From Octopus vulgaris (Eukaryota): a stretch of 64,000 nucleotides of DNA. This document shows, piece after piece, positions 27,539 through 40,408 of the stretch. The DNA lies in the NCBI GenBank assembly GCA_951406725.2, contig OX597817.1, positions 930,001-994,000 on the forward strand. The letters are read 5' to 3'. Within the stretch, counting starts at the first letter, position 1; every line of letters starts with the position of its first letter. Made by a program: the position numbers and the translations under genes. The notes below the pieces were generated by a model. It was not told the DNA's origin. It did no database searches and saw only the letters and a program-made list of their open reading frames with translations.

Positions 27539-27621
27539 TCATTTTATCTAGTTTCAGCTCACGAGCTGTGGCCATGCTGGGGCACCGCCATTATATATAT
27601 ATATATATATATAGTTATATA

Positions 27622-27833
27622 CGAGGGGTGCTGAAGAGTTCCTGGCTTTAAGTGTGTCGCGAAAGGCTTGGCTGGATGCTCAACCTTTCGATTTTTATGA
27701 GGCTTAGAAAAACTTAAGGACCGCTGCAATACGTGTGAGAATCTGAAAAGGGAATATGTTAGTTAAAATCATAATTAACTGATCCTCCTGTATTTTCTTT
27801 TACCTAAAGCCAGGAATTGTCAGCGTCTCCTCG
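27622..27833. mobile_element. Mariner-type MITE
   Basis: TIRs cgaggggtgctgaagagttcctggctt / aagccaggaattgtcagcgtctcctcg, flanked by TA on both sides. Confidence 0.85.
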
Positions 27834-28181
27834 TAAACACATACATAAAGAGATGTAGAAAGAGAAACGGGTCCCAATCCACTCTGCTCCTCGTCCCTCT
27901 CCATCTATCTCCTCCATTTCTTCGTCCTTCCATCGACTCTTCCCCTTTTCCTTATCATCCCCCTTCTTCCTCCTTCCCCCCATCTCCCCCCTCTCTTTGT
28001 TACCTTTATTCCCCCACCCCGTCCACGTTTTGTTTCATATTAAATGACAGTTGCACTATACATCACAGACCGCTAGACTTAACACCACTGACATTAACAG
28101 GGACCCCCCCACATCCTCTTCGTTATTACAGCTCTCAACCATTTACAAAAAGGAAATAAAAACAAACATATATATCAACGC

Positions 28182-28541
28182 GTGGTTGGTGGTTGGCTGG
28201 TTGGTTGGTTGGTTGGTTGGTGATTGGCTGGTTGGTTGGTTGGTTGGTTGGTGGTTGGCTGGTTGGCTGGTTGGCTGGTTGGTTGGTTGGTGATTGGCTG
28301 GTTGGTTGGTTGGTTGGTTGGTGGTTGGCTGGTTGGCTGGTTGGCTGGTTGGTTGGTTGGTGGTCGGCTGGTTGGCTGGTTGGCTGGTTGGTGGTCGGCT
28401 GGTTGGCTGGTTGGTGGTCGGCTGGTTGGCTGGTTGGTGGTTGGCTGGTTGGCTGGTTGGCTGGTTGGCTGGTTGGTGGTCGGCTGGTTGGCTGGTCGGC
28501 TGGCTGGTGGTCGGCTGGTTGGTTGGTTGGTGGTCGGCTGG
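28182..28541. repeat. (GGTT/GGCT)n compound microsatellite
   Basis: Direct inspection. Confidence 0.9.
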
Positions 28542-29058
28542 TGAGGGAGAAAATACAAGGATGTAACCTTAACATGGGAAATTACTGAATGTGTTCAGAA
28601 TCTCTCTGATTAGCCACTTGAGCATTTGAGTGTGTATTGTGTGTGCATGTGTATAAGTTTGTATGTGTATTATGTGAATGCTTGTGTTTCAGTGCAAAGT
28701 TTTGCCTGTGTATCTACGTGAGGGAAGCTTTCATGCTGGCATTTCAATGAATGTTGCTGTGTGTGTAGGGGTGTATGAGTGAGCAAGTGTTGAAGTTTAT
28801 GTGATAGGAAACTGGGAAGATATGTAATGGGATATAAAGAAAAGAAAACAGAAGAGTAGGGGACATAGGGATGTACAACAAAAACTAGGGTATCTATGTG
28901 TGTATTGGCGTGTTCATGCAAAACCCCTTCAAAATAGCAAAATATAGGAGAGACACCGGCACACAATGAACAGGAATAGATATACATATGAACAGGAATA
29001 GAATATGCGAAAAGTGAGCTGAACAGAGAGAGAGGAGGAAGGATAGAGCTAGCGAGTG

Positions 29059-29150
<92 letters not shown>

Positions 29151-29531
29151 TGTCGGGGGAAGAATAACAGTGAAAAAGCAGAAAAGGATGTGGCGTGCGT
29201 AGGTTATGAGCGTTACCCTGAGGGTTTGTATGAAATTCTCACGAACGGATTAAAAAGAGATAAATGCTTCGAGAATAAAATGTTAAGATTTTTATGGTAT
29301 GTAAGATTGTATTATGAAAATAGATCTCATAATGACATATTTTTCTTTTAAATGTATGTCTATTAAATGTCTGTTTTAAGTGTATTATCTGATAAATGTC
29401 GATTTTATGACATCAAAAACGTTAGGACAATTACAAAATAAAAAGTTTTCCGTTTCGAATCATTGCCCAAACAGACGCATTAAAATCATCGCTTGATGCA
29501 ATAAGTTGTGTCATCAAGAGTCGTGGTGCTG

Positions 29532-30020
29532 ACTTCTTCTTCCAATCAGGACTCACGCCATTAGCCTCAAAGAATAATCTCTAATTCCAGCCTACTCTAA
29601 GCTACTAAGAAAGCGTGCGGCAACTTGAAGATCTACCCACCACACGCGATAGACTGGCGGTTGCACGGGCGCGAAAGCTACATTGTTATACTCATTCCGT
29701 AAACGGTGGCTTTTAACGGGTGGAGAGCTGAACTACCCTGTGGTACAGAGGATTCGCAATCTAGACTAGGGTCTGAAAGTTTACCATGCCATAGTGGGTT
29801 ACACCATGGTTCCTCTGCTTTGTGGCAGAAGTAGGAAGAAAGAGTGAGAGAAAGTTGTGGTTAAAGAGAACAGCGAGGTTCATCCCACCCCTCGCCAGAG
29901 CCTCGTGGAGCTTAGGTGTTTTTGCTCAATAAACAATCACAATACCCGGTCTAGGAATCGAAACCGCGTTCTTACGACCGCGAGTCCGCTGCCCTAACCA
30001 CTGAGTCATTGTGCCTCCTC
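29532..30020 (-). mobile_element. Family C SINE with a unique ~300 bp 3' body and (GAA)n tail
   Basis: 11-bp TSD tcgtggtgctg at 29521-29531 and 30021-30031. Confidence 0.8.
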
Positions 30021-30034
30021 TCGTGGTGCTGTTA

Positions 30035-30720
30035 TCGAAGTAGCCCGGAAGAGTGTGTAATGCAATGTGATGTTGATGGTTCAATGTAAGTTATAGGGTG
30101 TAACAGATAATGCCAGACGTGTTGGACCAGCATCGATGGAACTCAATGAAGACAGAATAAGAATGTAGTTAACCTTATTTATTTGGTCACAGTTGCCATT
30201 CACTTGTTGGATACTTGAAACAAATATACCGCTACATAATGTTGCCAACGACTTCAGGTCGGCGAAGTAAAAACGGGGGAAAGCGAATGTTGAAGGGACG
30301 AGATCTTCAAAGGCATATTTTTGTCTGTGTGTGAGTTCGTTATTCGCTTGTTTCTCTATCTCTTCGGTTTTGTGCTCTCCAACTGCTAACCTTTGCGTGT
30401 CGCTCTGCTCACAGTGATCACCATCACGGTGCTCATTGCCGGCTCATTGCCCCGTGTGTCTACGGAACTCGCATTTATGATGGACCATTCTAGCTAAAAA
30501 GATAGACATACCATTATAAGAGTGGCTTGTACCTATTTAGGTCACTTGTTGTCCATTTGACTTTCCGTGACACTGCCAGGTCGGAGGTCGAGTGGAAACT
30601 CATCCATCACTTTGACAGGACGAAGAAATTTTTCCTGCCTGGTCAACCAATAGCGAGCTAGGATCCTTAGATTCGGTTTCGAATCTCAACCCGAAAAATA
30701 AAACGTAGTTTCCACAAGGG
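30035..30720 (-). mobile_element. Possible decayed Gypsy gag/pol remnant
   Basis: NIRFPPF..PEV and DQINKVNYIL resemble the N-terminus of Mag-type gag; heavily disrupted. Confidence 0.3.
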
Positions 30721-30769
30721 CCTCACAGAAACAGTAATTTCGTTCGTTAGTCAGTAGTTTTAATTGTGA

Positions 30770-31240
30770 TGCATGCACAGAGATCACTGTTATTGCTGTT
30801 AAGCTTAATTACTGTATCACATATTCTAAATACTTCATTTTCTTTATCCATCCGTTTCTCTGCCAACAATAAGTCTACAACCCCGGTGCTGTTTAGCCAG
30901 AAGAATTTGTACCTTTGTTGCTCTTGAGCAATCTGGATGAAGCTTCTCGCCCTCTTAGCTGCTGTTCACAACGAACATCTACTTATCTCAAGTCGAGTTC
31001 CTCTACAATTTCTTTTGACCTACTTTTTAGTGAGCTCATATTGTTGGTTGTACCTCAGAAATTTTCTAAATAATAGGGAGATGGATTTTATTTCTGGTGG
31101 TTTTGGTAGTTGTTTTTTCTGCATCCACCACAAAGTTTGTGCCATCATTTGATGACAGTTTAGAAATTCTCATACATGGCTAGGTTTACCAATCTGGACT
31201 CTCCACTAACGCGCGCGCCTCTAGCATATTAAGAGTTATC
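30770..31240 (-). mobile_element. Decayed RTE 5' region (APE N-terminus)
   Basis: SSLKSRSKEIVEEL..VDV.C..YKFFW..LLLAEK..EVFRICD resembles RTE endonuclease motifs. Confidence 0.6.
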
Positions 31241-31369
31241 CCCAGTTAGGGCTTTTCATTAATTTTACACTTATGTTTTTGGGGTGTTTCTTTTTTCATA
31301 GCCAGATGTCCTTCCCATCACAAACTACTCTACAGTATGGACTGAATATATTTTATCATGCCACCTTCA

Positions 31370-31695
31370 CTATAGAGGTTGTCTGCAGGAGTGAAGGGTT
31401 TCTTCTACATTGTCACAGTTATTATTCGGAGTTTCTGCCCTTCTAGACAGGTTATCTTCATTGTGTATTATTGGGTCCACAACACGCCCGCACAGTCTTT
31501 TATTCACAGCTAGTGCTCTCCTTGTCGAGTTGTTTTCTCTGCGGCTTGCTGAATCCACGTCTCCACATGGCCAGTGATTCCAATCTTCAAACAGGATTGA
31601 CTTCAAAACAATGCTAAGTTCTTGCCAATGTTTTAAACATAACTGTTTGACTGTTACACACTGCAAGGAATCTTCACATAAGAAGCCGCTGATTG

Positions 31696-31700
<5 letters not shown>
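31370..31700 (-). mobile_element. Decayed RTE RT C-terminal fragment
   Basis: ETW...GVLW-type remnants, frameshifted. Confidence 0.35.
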
Positions 31701-31726
<26 letters not shown>

Positions 31727-32981
31727 GTATATACGTATTGCAGCGGCCCTTAAGTTTTTCTAAGCTATACTATACTTCTCTTTGATTAAATAACAAATTA
31801 CGAAAGACTATAAATAAAATAACTTGTAAGGAAATCATAGTTAACGTTAACTTGTGAAGGACATAGCTGAAGAGTTACAAGTGGAACATCAAATTGAACC
31901 CGAAACCAACAGAATTCACTTAAAGGACATAAACCTAACTTTAATACCAATTTACAAGTTAGACTAATTTGCTCATCTAAATCAGATATTAGTAAGATTA
32001 GTAAAATTAGACTAAGCTTGGATAAAATATTAATTTATGTTTATAGTTTAATTCCTTGGAAGTAATTGATTGGTTCATTAATATTAAGGATAACACACTA
32101 AATCCATTCAGTTGTGTATCTCAAGTTATTACACGTCTATCAACCTCTACTACTTAATAAGGTCTTAATATTTGCGATGAAGAATTCGATTTATCCAAAC
32201 GTGAAGCTAATATAATACTAACGGCTAGAAAAACTATAACTAAATTCTATGCAAAGTACTGGACCAGGACTGAGAGACCTAACTATTTCAACGTTACTAT
32301 GGGGTGTAGCGACTCCGCTCAAGTAACTGATTTAGTGGGCATATACATTCTTAATTGTATACATAATAAATTTCTTGATTTAGTGGTTGGATTATATGGG
32401 GATAACGCTATCTATAAGTCTAGTAAGGTTAATCTTGAAGAGTCTCGGAAAAAACTTTTAAAATTCTTTAAGCGTCTCGGTCTCTCTATATACATAAAGA
32501 ATGATTTTACTAAGGTTAATTTCCTTGATGTTACTCTGGATTTAAGTACTGAACTATACCAACCATATAATAAACCGAATGAATCCTTAATGTGAATTAA
32601 AATTCTAATAATCATAAAGCATAAATACATTATAAATTCTATCATTAAAAATATTCTCGTATTTCGAGGCTTTCGGCTAATGAGGACGTATTTGCAGAAA
32701 ATGAAAATTACTACCCACTCTCTGAAGCTGGGTGCAAGGAAAAAAATCTACTACATTCAGAATCAAAATTCCCGGTAATGACAGTGTATTAAATACGATG
32801 AAACTTGATAGCGAGCGCAATAACAATAAATAAGTCAAATAATCTTATTTAAGTAAGCTAAGTAATAGCAAGAACAACGATACAAATACGATTGGTAAGA
32901 AACGAAGCATTGACGATAAACACATCACTATTAACAAGCATAGATTGAACTCCGTAAATACTAAATGTACGGTTGGTATAA

Positions 32982-33067
<86 letters not shown>

Positions 33068-33071
<4 letters not shown>

Positions 33072-33423
33072 GCGAAAGGGACTGATTGCTACCTAACTCA
33101 GATACCAGGAAACCCCAAAATGGCAGAAATTCAAAAGATAGTGCTCATGGGAACTGCTCATATCCTACGCAAAATACTCTCTATGTAATCCCAAGGTTTA
33201 AAACAAACTTTTTTTAATTTTAATTTTTATTTTTTTTATTTTATTTTATTTTGTTTATTTTTTTTTATGTATTAGACATTCACTAGTACAACACCAAAAA
33301 AAAAAAACCCCCAAAAAACCCCCCAAATATATGGCACAGAACTTCCAACCTGTTGTCTCTTGAGGTCTCTGGGTGAGACTTGGAGCCAACTTGTACAGAC
33401 ATAAAGCAAAAGTCAAACATAGA
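33068..33423 (+). mobile_element. 5'-truncated R4/Dong-type element, second subfamily
   Basis: KGTDCYLTQIPGNPKMAEIQKIVLMGTAHILRKILSM*, homologous to the C-terminus at 35160-35274 but with a different 3' UTR; (TAA)n on both sides. Confidence 0.85.
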
Positions 33424-33439
33424 ATAATAATAATAATAA

Positions 33440-33647
33440 TTCTTTCTACTATAAGCACAAGGCCTGCATTTTATGGAGAGGGAGACAATCGATCATATAG
33501 ATCCCAGTATTCAACTGGTACTTAAATTTATCGAAAAGATAAAAGGCAAAGTCGACCATGGCGGAATTTGAACTCAGAATGTAGCGACGGGCGAAATATC
33601 GCAAAGCATTTCGGCCAGCGTGCTAAAGATTCTGCCAGTTCACCATC

Positions 33648-33648
<1 letters not shown>
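33440..33648 (-). mobile_element. SINE family A within (TAA)n
   Basis: Sequence match; (TAA)n on both sides. Confidence 0.85.
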
Positions 33649-33698
<50 letters not shown>

Positions 33699-33771
33699 GT
33701 AGTAGTAGTAGTAGTAGTAGTAGTAATAGAAATATTAACAGTAATAGTAATAGTAATAGTAATAGTAATAA

Positions 33772-33802
<31 letters not shown>

Positions 33803-33812
33803 AATAATAGTT

Positions 33813-33851
<39 letters not shown>

Positions 33852-33875
33852 ATAGTAATATTAATAGTAATAGTA

Positions 33876-33924
<49 letters not shown>

Positions 33925-33928
<4 letters not shown>

Positions 33929-35445
33929 CATACAAATATTTAGGGATAAATGAAGGTTCTGGTATTCAGCATGCAAGCATGAAAGAGAAGATCAGGAAGG
34001 AATGTTATAGGAGAGTTCGTGCAGTCCTGAAATCTGAACTAAATGCACGTAACAAGGTGTTAGCTATAAATTCCTTAGCAGTTCCAGTTGTTACTTATAG
34101 CTACAATGTGTTGAACTGGAATATGAGTGAGGTAAAGAATATAGATAGGAAAATACGCAAGCTGCTGAGTTGTAATAGGATGCACCACCCCAAGGCAGAC
34201 GTAGATCGCCTTTACCTTCCCAGAGCCCAAGGAGGTCGAGGCCTGATCCAATTTGAACTAGCTTACAAAACAACCACAATTGGACTGGCCAAATATCTCG
34301 AAATATCGAATGACTGGATGCTAAAGCTCGTGGAAAATCACGAGAAACGAAAGAAGCTTCATTCTATTATAAAGGAAAGCAAAAAATTTGCTATTGATCT
34401 CGTGCAGGATACCCAAACTGAACAACCCGAGGGAAGTACGGCAACTATTGTTGCAAAGAAGGTGAAAATGATGGCAACGAAAAAAGCGCACGAGCAATTG
34501 GCTGATAGGTGGGAGGAGAAACCTCTGCACGGCAAATATGTGACCCGCAGCAAACAAGCTGATGTTGACCAGAAGCAAACCCATCAGTGGCTACGGAGCT
34601 CAGGGCTAAAAGCAGAGAGCGAAGGTTTCATCCTGGCTGCTCAAGATCAAAACCTATTAACCCGGAACTACCAGGCCAATGTGATGAAAAATGGAGCAGA
34701 CCCAAAATACCGATTCTGCAACGACATGATTGAAACAGTGGACCACCTAATCTCTGGATGTAAAGTCTTAGCACCAGTGGAGTATAAATTACGACATGAC
34801 AGAGCTGGCCAATATCTACACTGGCTAATAAGTCGGCATTACAATATCAAAACTGCCGACAAGTGGTATAATCACCACCCTGAGGCTGTAACTGAAGGTG
34901 AAAATGTAACCATTCTGTGGGACTTTCCAGTACATACACACCGAACCATCAAGGCCAATAAACCAGATATTGTTGTGAAAGACCAAAACAATAAAGTTTG
35001 CTTATTGATCGACATGCGCATCCCCTGTGATCATAATATCTCAGCGAAAGAGTTTGACAAGCTCAGAAAATATAAAGACCTACTCATTGAAATTGAGAAA
35101 ATGTGGCATCTCAAGGCTGTTACAATACCAGTGATCGTAGGAGCACTAGGAATGATCAAGAAGGGAACCGAAAATTATATGAGAATGCTCCCTGGCTTAC
35201 CATCCCTGCAAGAAGTGCAAAAGATTGTCTTAACTGGTACATCACACGTATTGAGAAGAGCATTGTCGATGTGAGAACTGTTGCTGCTCATGTATTTTAA
35301 TTTAACTTAAAAAAAAAAAAAAAATCAACGAACTATTGAGTTTGGTTTAATGGCCTACCAATGTATACTATGAGTTTCTTTGCCCTAGGAGTCGGGAAGA
35401 CACTCGGCAAGAAATGGAAGCAAATTTGAAAGAAGAAAAAAAAAG
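33925..35445 (+). mobile_element. 5'-truncated R4/Dong-clade non-LTR retrotransposon (RT end, CCHC, RLE endonuclease)
   Basis: Open frame 33925-35274 with YKYLG, YRFC..ETVDHLISGC (first Cys is Tyr), RHD, KPDIVV..LIDM and K..KY; flanked by (TAA)n. Confidence 0.92.
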
Positions 35446-35459
35446 TAATAATAATAATG

Positions 35460-35517
<58 letters not shown>

Positions 35518-36935
35518 TAATAATGAGGAGTCTATTGACATGTATAACTCTAAACATAAAAAATTACAGTGAGAGAACATCTGATGTTGATAATGTTAAT
35601 ATTAAGAAAAACGTATTTATAAATAATAGAAAAACTAAATCAAGGAATATTATTTGGCATAATGCACCATTCGCATCTTACATAGCTATTAACGTTCCCC
35701 GAAAATTCTTGGCTGCACTGGATAAATAATTCCCACCTTCAAGTAAGTACGAGAAATTATTTAATCGCCATAGAGAAAGAATTTTCCTATTCAACCACCA
35801 GAAATTTGACTGAAATTATAGCAGCACATAAAAAAAATAAAATTAGTATCTCAACTGAAAATTAGTAAACAGGTGTAGAACCAATAATGTGAATTGTGAA
35901 ATTGGCTCTAATTATAATTTTCTTGAATTATATTTTGATACTTTAGGAAAAGTAATTTTGACTGTGAAATTCACAGTACATTTGAGATAACACCTAGTAA
36001 TAATATCGATTATAATATTGCTAATAATCCTGTCTTGACACATACTTCTGAGCCGAAGAATTAGTACTAATTCCTTTAATCATGAAAACCACATACAAGT
36101 GAATAAATGCCTATGTAAATTCGAAAACAAAATTATGTGTCCTTCAGAAAACAAGTGTTTAAGGAAGAATATAGTGTAAAAATGTAAGGTCATTACAGGG
36201 GATCGTACCTATTACTATATTGATTCTTCTGTAACAATTTGGAAATCTAAATTACATCATTCTTCTTCATTTAAAAGACAGGAATATTTACTATGATATA
36301 AAGCGGTTCATTTAATTACGCACCGTCGCACAATGCTGGTAATTTTAAATGTGATATTTGCCTTGAGGAAATGTATAACATAATTACTTCTAAATTAGTA
36401 TTATTAAATTGTGGGAATAATTTTACATTGGAATATTCACATAAATATTGAAAACGTTTAAATATTTCAATAGTAAATAATTGCTTTTTCTATAATCTAG
36501 AATTTCATTTCATCTAGTTTCAGCTCACGAAAAATTTACAGAATCTATGTTAGTAATATATAGAGTTAAAATAAAATATATCCGTTGTGATAATATAAAA
36601 TGATATAAAATGAAAGGAATGGCAAAAAAAATATACGAATAAAAATAAAAGGGATGTCATTTTATATCATTTTATATTATCACAAGGATATATTTTATTT
36701 TTAACCCTATATATTACTAACATAGATTTTGTAAATTTTTTGTATTTTTTTAAATTTTGTATTTTTTAATTTTTTGTATTTTTATAATTTTTTATTTGAA
36801 TTTTTATCCGAATTATGGCTTGTACTGTAGGGTCCAGCGAACGTCATTTACACGTGCCTATTTTACACATACTTATGGGTTTAAAAAAAAATTAAAATAT
36901 AGTTTATAGTATTGAACGTTGATAAAGTGATATAA

Positions 36936-37032
36936 GGGCCTGATGATTGGGGTTACATTTTAAGAAGGGTTCCAGCAAAATTGGAGTGGTTTAGGAACCG
37001 GGAAATGTACCTGATGAAACACATGTAACCAA
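36936..37032 (+). ncRNA. Degenerate hammerhead ribozyme in PLE pLTR
   Basis: CTGATGA at 36940-46; long stem II ggttacattt/aaatgtacc with inner ggttcc/ggaacc; GAAAC-ACAT-GTA at 37016-27; stem I weak. Confidence 0.5.
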
Positions 37033-37197
37033 GTTATAAAACAGTAGGTATTTAAAATAAAAATTCTTTTTATATGGTGAGATGAAGGGGCCTGCTATCT
37101 CTAAATGAAAATATATATTTCTTCATTGAGAATAATTTGAACCCCTGTTATGCCGGAATTTTTATTCCCTAACAAATAAAATTAAAAAACTATAAAT

Positions 37198-37255
<58 letters not shown>

Positions 37256-37384
37256 CTTCTATCTTTTACGGTTTCAGTCATTAGGGTACGGCCATGCTGG
37301 GACACTGCTTTAATATGTATGTATGTATGTGCGCGCGTGTGTACAGGATAGCCTGCTTAAGTTTCACTTGGGGTGAAACTTGAG

Positions 37385-38465
37385 ACCATTTTTGTGTTGA
37401 GTCAAAAGTTTCGCACTATTTTGGTAAGTTATTCGTGTTATTCCTCAAGTTACAACAAAGAAGCTTAGCATTCAAAGCAGAGGCCATCGTGTTGCATCAT
37501 CTGAAGCCACCTTTCTGCCAGTTCTTTAATATAAATTCTTGTCCTTCGAGGCGAAGAACTCCTCCACTGAAGCTTCTACCTCTCATTAGTTGATGAAGCA
37601 TGGCTAACGCAGGTAGTGAATCGTAGGGAGCTAGTGGGTGTGATATCAGTTCAATTCCTTCAGGTTCCTGGAGCTTATTGCGTGTCGTTCGAGCACTATG
37701 AGCTCTTGTGCTGTCTTCGTGCAAAAGGGCTCGCTTTCTGTTAACCTCTGCCGAATATCTTTGCTGCACAATAGCATACATCTGCGCCAGCTGTTTGGAA
37801 CAATGGTAGGACTGTCCAGGACGAACTTGTCGTGAATTAACCCCTCATAATTCCACCAGATGTGGGGGCGCGTGGCTTAGTGGTTAGGGTGTTGAACTCA
37901 TGATCGTAAGGTTGTGGTTTCGATTCCTGGACCGGGTGATGCGTTGTGTTCTTGAGCAAAACACTTCATTTCACGTTGCTCCAGTTCACTCTGGTGGCAC
38001 AAATGAGTAACGCTGCGACGGACCGGCGTCCCGTCCAGGTGGGGAATTTTTACGTCACTGAAACCGGGAAACCGGCCCTAATGAGCCTGGCATGGCTCGA
38101 GAAGGAACATTTAAAAAAAAATTCCACCAGATACAAAGCATCACCTTGCATTCGAGATGCCCATGTTTGGAAACAGGTCCGGAAGCTAGCTCTTGCTTAA
38201 CCACTGATTATGCACTTTAGGATTGTGGAACAATATCTCCCTCGGATTATTACTTTTCCGATCCGTGACTCACTTCCTACGCTTCATTAACTAAAAGACA
38301 AGGACTGATATCAGCGTAGAAAAAAAAAAAACTGGCAGAAAGGTGGCCTGAGACCGTGCAACATTATCGCCTCTACTTTGACTGCTAGGCCACTTTTATT
38401 GTAACTTGCCGAATAAAGCAACTAAATTATCAAAATATTGCTAAGCTTTTCACTCAATCCTTACA
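37385..38465. mobile_element. Mariner remnants with two 3' ends facing outward, split by a SINE
   Basis: The - strand gives LLHEDSTRAHSARTT..HPLAPYD; aactggcagaaaggtggc is present inverted at ~37505-37525 and 38330-38348. Confidence 0.65.
37862..38119 (+). mobile_element. tRNA-SINE (family C variant)
   Basis: 13-bp TSD aattccaccagat at 37849-61 and 38120-32; A-rich tail. Confidence 0.9.
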
Positions 38466-38890
38466 CTAAGATCTATCTTTCTGTCTATACCTGCGCACAC
38501 GCACACAGAAAGAGAGATTACGCACGAAAAAATAGATTGATTAACAAAACGTAGATGCAATTTACTCTCCCTCTTCCCCTCTTCATTCGTTTACTCTCCC
38601 CCGTCTCAACTGCTCTCTCAAAACTGGGACGACCCGAACGATTGTGTTTCTGTATGTATATACTATATATACATAAAATAGAAGATGGGACGAGTACGTA
38701 TTCGCAATACCAAAACCGTATACGGCGTACGGCTAGAGTAGTCCGTTGAGAATTTTCTGTCTTTAAATTTTGTACGATTTAGATCATTCGTTTCTATTTC
38801 AAACGACCACTTCACAACTTCCCATCGCCACCGCAAACACACACACACACACAAACTACATGTATCTATTTGTTTATGGTTGCAATCATC

Positions 38891-39046
38891 ATGGCTGACA
38901 TGCTACGAGGAAATATAATTTTCTTAATTACATCTTTACTTATCTCGTTTCACCTGTTAATAATACCCGTGGAAAGTAATACCAACGCAATCGTACACGT
39001 CGACAAGGATCTTTTAGAGCTGATCCAAGCAGAAGGTTTAACGAAA
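38891..39046 (+). CDS. FAS1-domain secreted protein, exon 1 (signal peptide)
   Basis: atcATGG Kozak context (alternative ATGs at 38876 and 38900); MADMLRGNIIFLITSLLISFHLLIIPVES hydrophobic leader; GTAAGT donor, phase 0. Confidence 0.8.
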
Positions 39047-40237
39047 GTAAGTTTTTATCAGACTTTTATACCTTCGCTTTCACACTTACCTCGCACTTGT
39101 ATGTGTATGTATGTCTATGTGTAGGTGTGTGTGTGTATACACACACACCTGTATATCCTCTCTATATAAGTACTGAGTGATCGTTGAATATTTTTGTTTT
39201 TACTTATAGCTTCACACAAACACTACACTACACACAGACACAGATAAGTATACACACACACACACACACACAGAAGTATACACACACACACACTTATGTA
39301 TGTGTAGTGATTCGAAGCAACAATTGTGAGCTACTAAAGATAACGTTATTCAGGCAGTAATAAGTGATTCAAACACCTTTTCCTCTACCTTTGTTTCCGT
39401 CCTATTTGAAAATATAATAATAACATTTCAGTTTAGACTTCTCTCGCCCCCTTAATTAGTTACGACCAAGACAAAGGACTTAAGACTAACGTAAATCTTA
39501 ATGCTTGGGGGTTTTAAATGTTTATAATGAAATAAACGTTATTTATTTAGAAAACTTTCTCTTAAGCAACACGTGAGCGAGTATTTTTTTTAATTAATGC
39601 AGTCCATCGATATTATGAATTTAAAATATTTTCGTTGAAGCCCACACTTTCGCTCGATCAGCTAAAAATAGCTGTTAAAGTTTTCCCAGACCGTCTAAAA
39701 TACAACTGTCCTAGATACACACGAGAATTCAGGATGGTATCGATATGACAATCATATATCTTTTCTACTCTAGGCACAAGGCGGGAAATTTTTGGGAAGG
39801 GACCAGTCGATTAGATCGACCCAGTGAGAAACTGGGTTAAGGCAAAGTCGACCTCGGCGGAATTTGAACTCAGAATGTAAAGACAGACGAAATACTGCTA
39901 AGCATTTCGCCCGGCGTGCTAACGTTTCTGCCAGGTTGCCGCCCTGGTATGGCAATCATGTATCTGACTTAGTCCTGTCCGATCATTGTTAATCTGAGGC
40001 TAAGCAACTACTTGATAGATTGTAAATTTTAATGAATTTAAAATATTGGTATTCTGCGATCATAATTTAAAAACAATTTCTTAACTCCTCTTCGAAAGAC
40101 AGGATTTACTTTGATGTGAGAGCAGAGAGAAGAGAAAGTGAAAGATATATGTACGTGTATAAGAAATGGAAGAGTGAGTGTGTGTGTGTGTGACAGAGAG
40201 AGAGAGAGAGAGAGTACCACTTATACATGACACCATG

Positions 40238-40282
<45 letters not shown>

Positions 40283-40408
40283 CCGTCTTTCACTTTCTCT
40301 CAATTTCTGCTCTCACTTCAAAGCAACTGTCGCCGTCCAAAGAGGAGTAAAGAAATAAAAAGTTTTTACGGAAATTCATGAACCCATATGATCCCATATG
40401 ATATGATC

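Larger units (their letters stand above)
31770..37190 (+). mobile_element. Decayed near-full Penelope-like element (Neptune/Naiad-type RT + GIY-YIG) interrupted at 32986-35524
   Basis: RT MGCSDSAQVTDLVGIYIL..GLYGDN..VNFLDVTLDL..YQPYNKPN; linker RNIIWHNAPF..FL..LDK*FP..LFNR; CLCK..CPSENKCL..IV*..YYYI; CDICLEE; pLTR with fold-back and hammerhead. Confidence 0.85.

Noticed and set aside
29655-29685. Helitron-like 3' end (ttgcacgggcgcgaaagcta)
   Set aside because: It lies inside the TSD-bounded SINE insertion; the hairpin and CTRR are imperfect.
33979-35274. 431-aa intact ORF as a host or domesticated gene
   Set aside because: It is the 5'-truncated end of an R4/Dong element lacking most of the RT, with a mutated zinc-knuckle Cys; its intactness is explained by youth.
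37862-37940. tRNA gene-like A/B boxes here and at other SINE heads
   Set aside because: They continue into SINE bodies with tails and TSDs; not standalone tRNAs.
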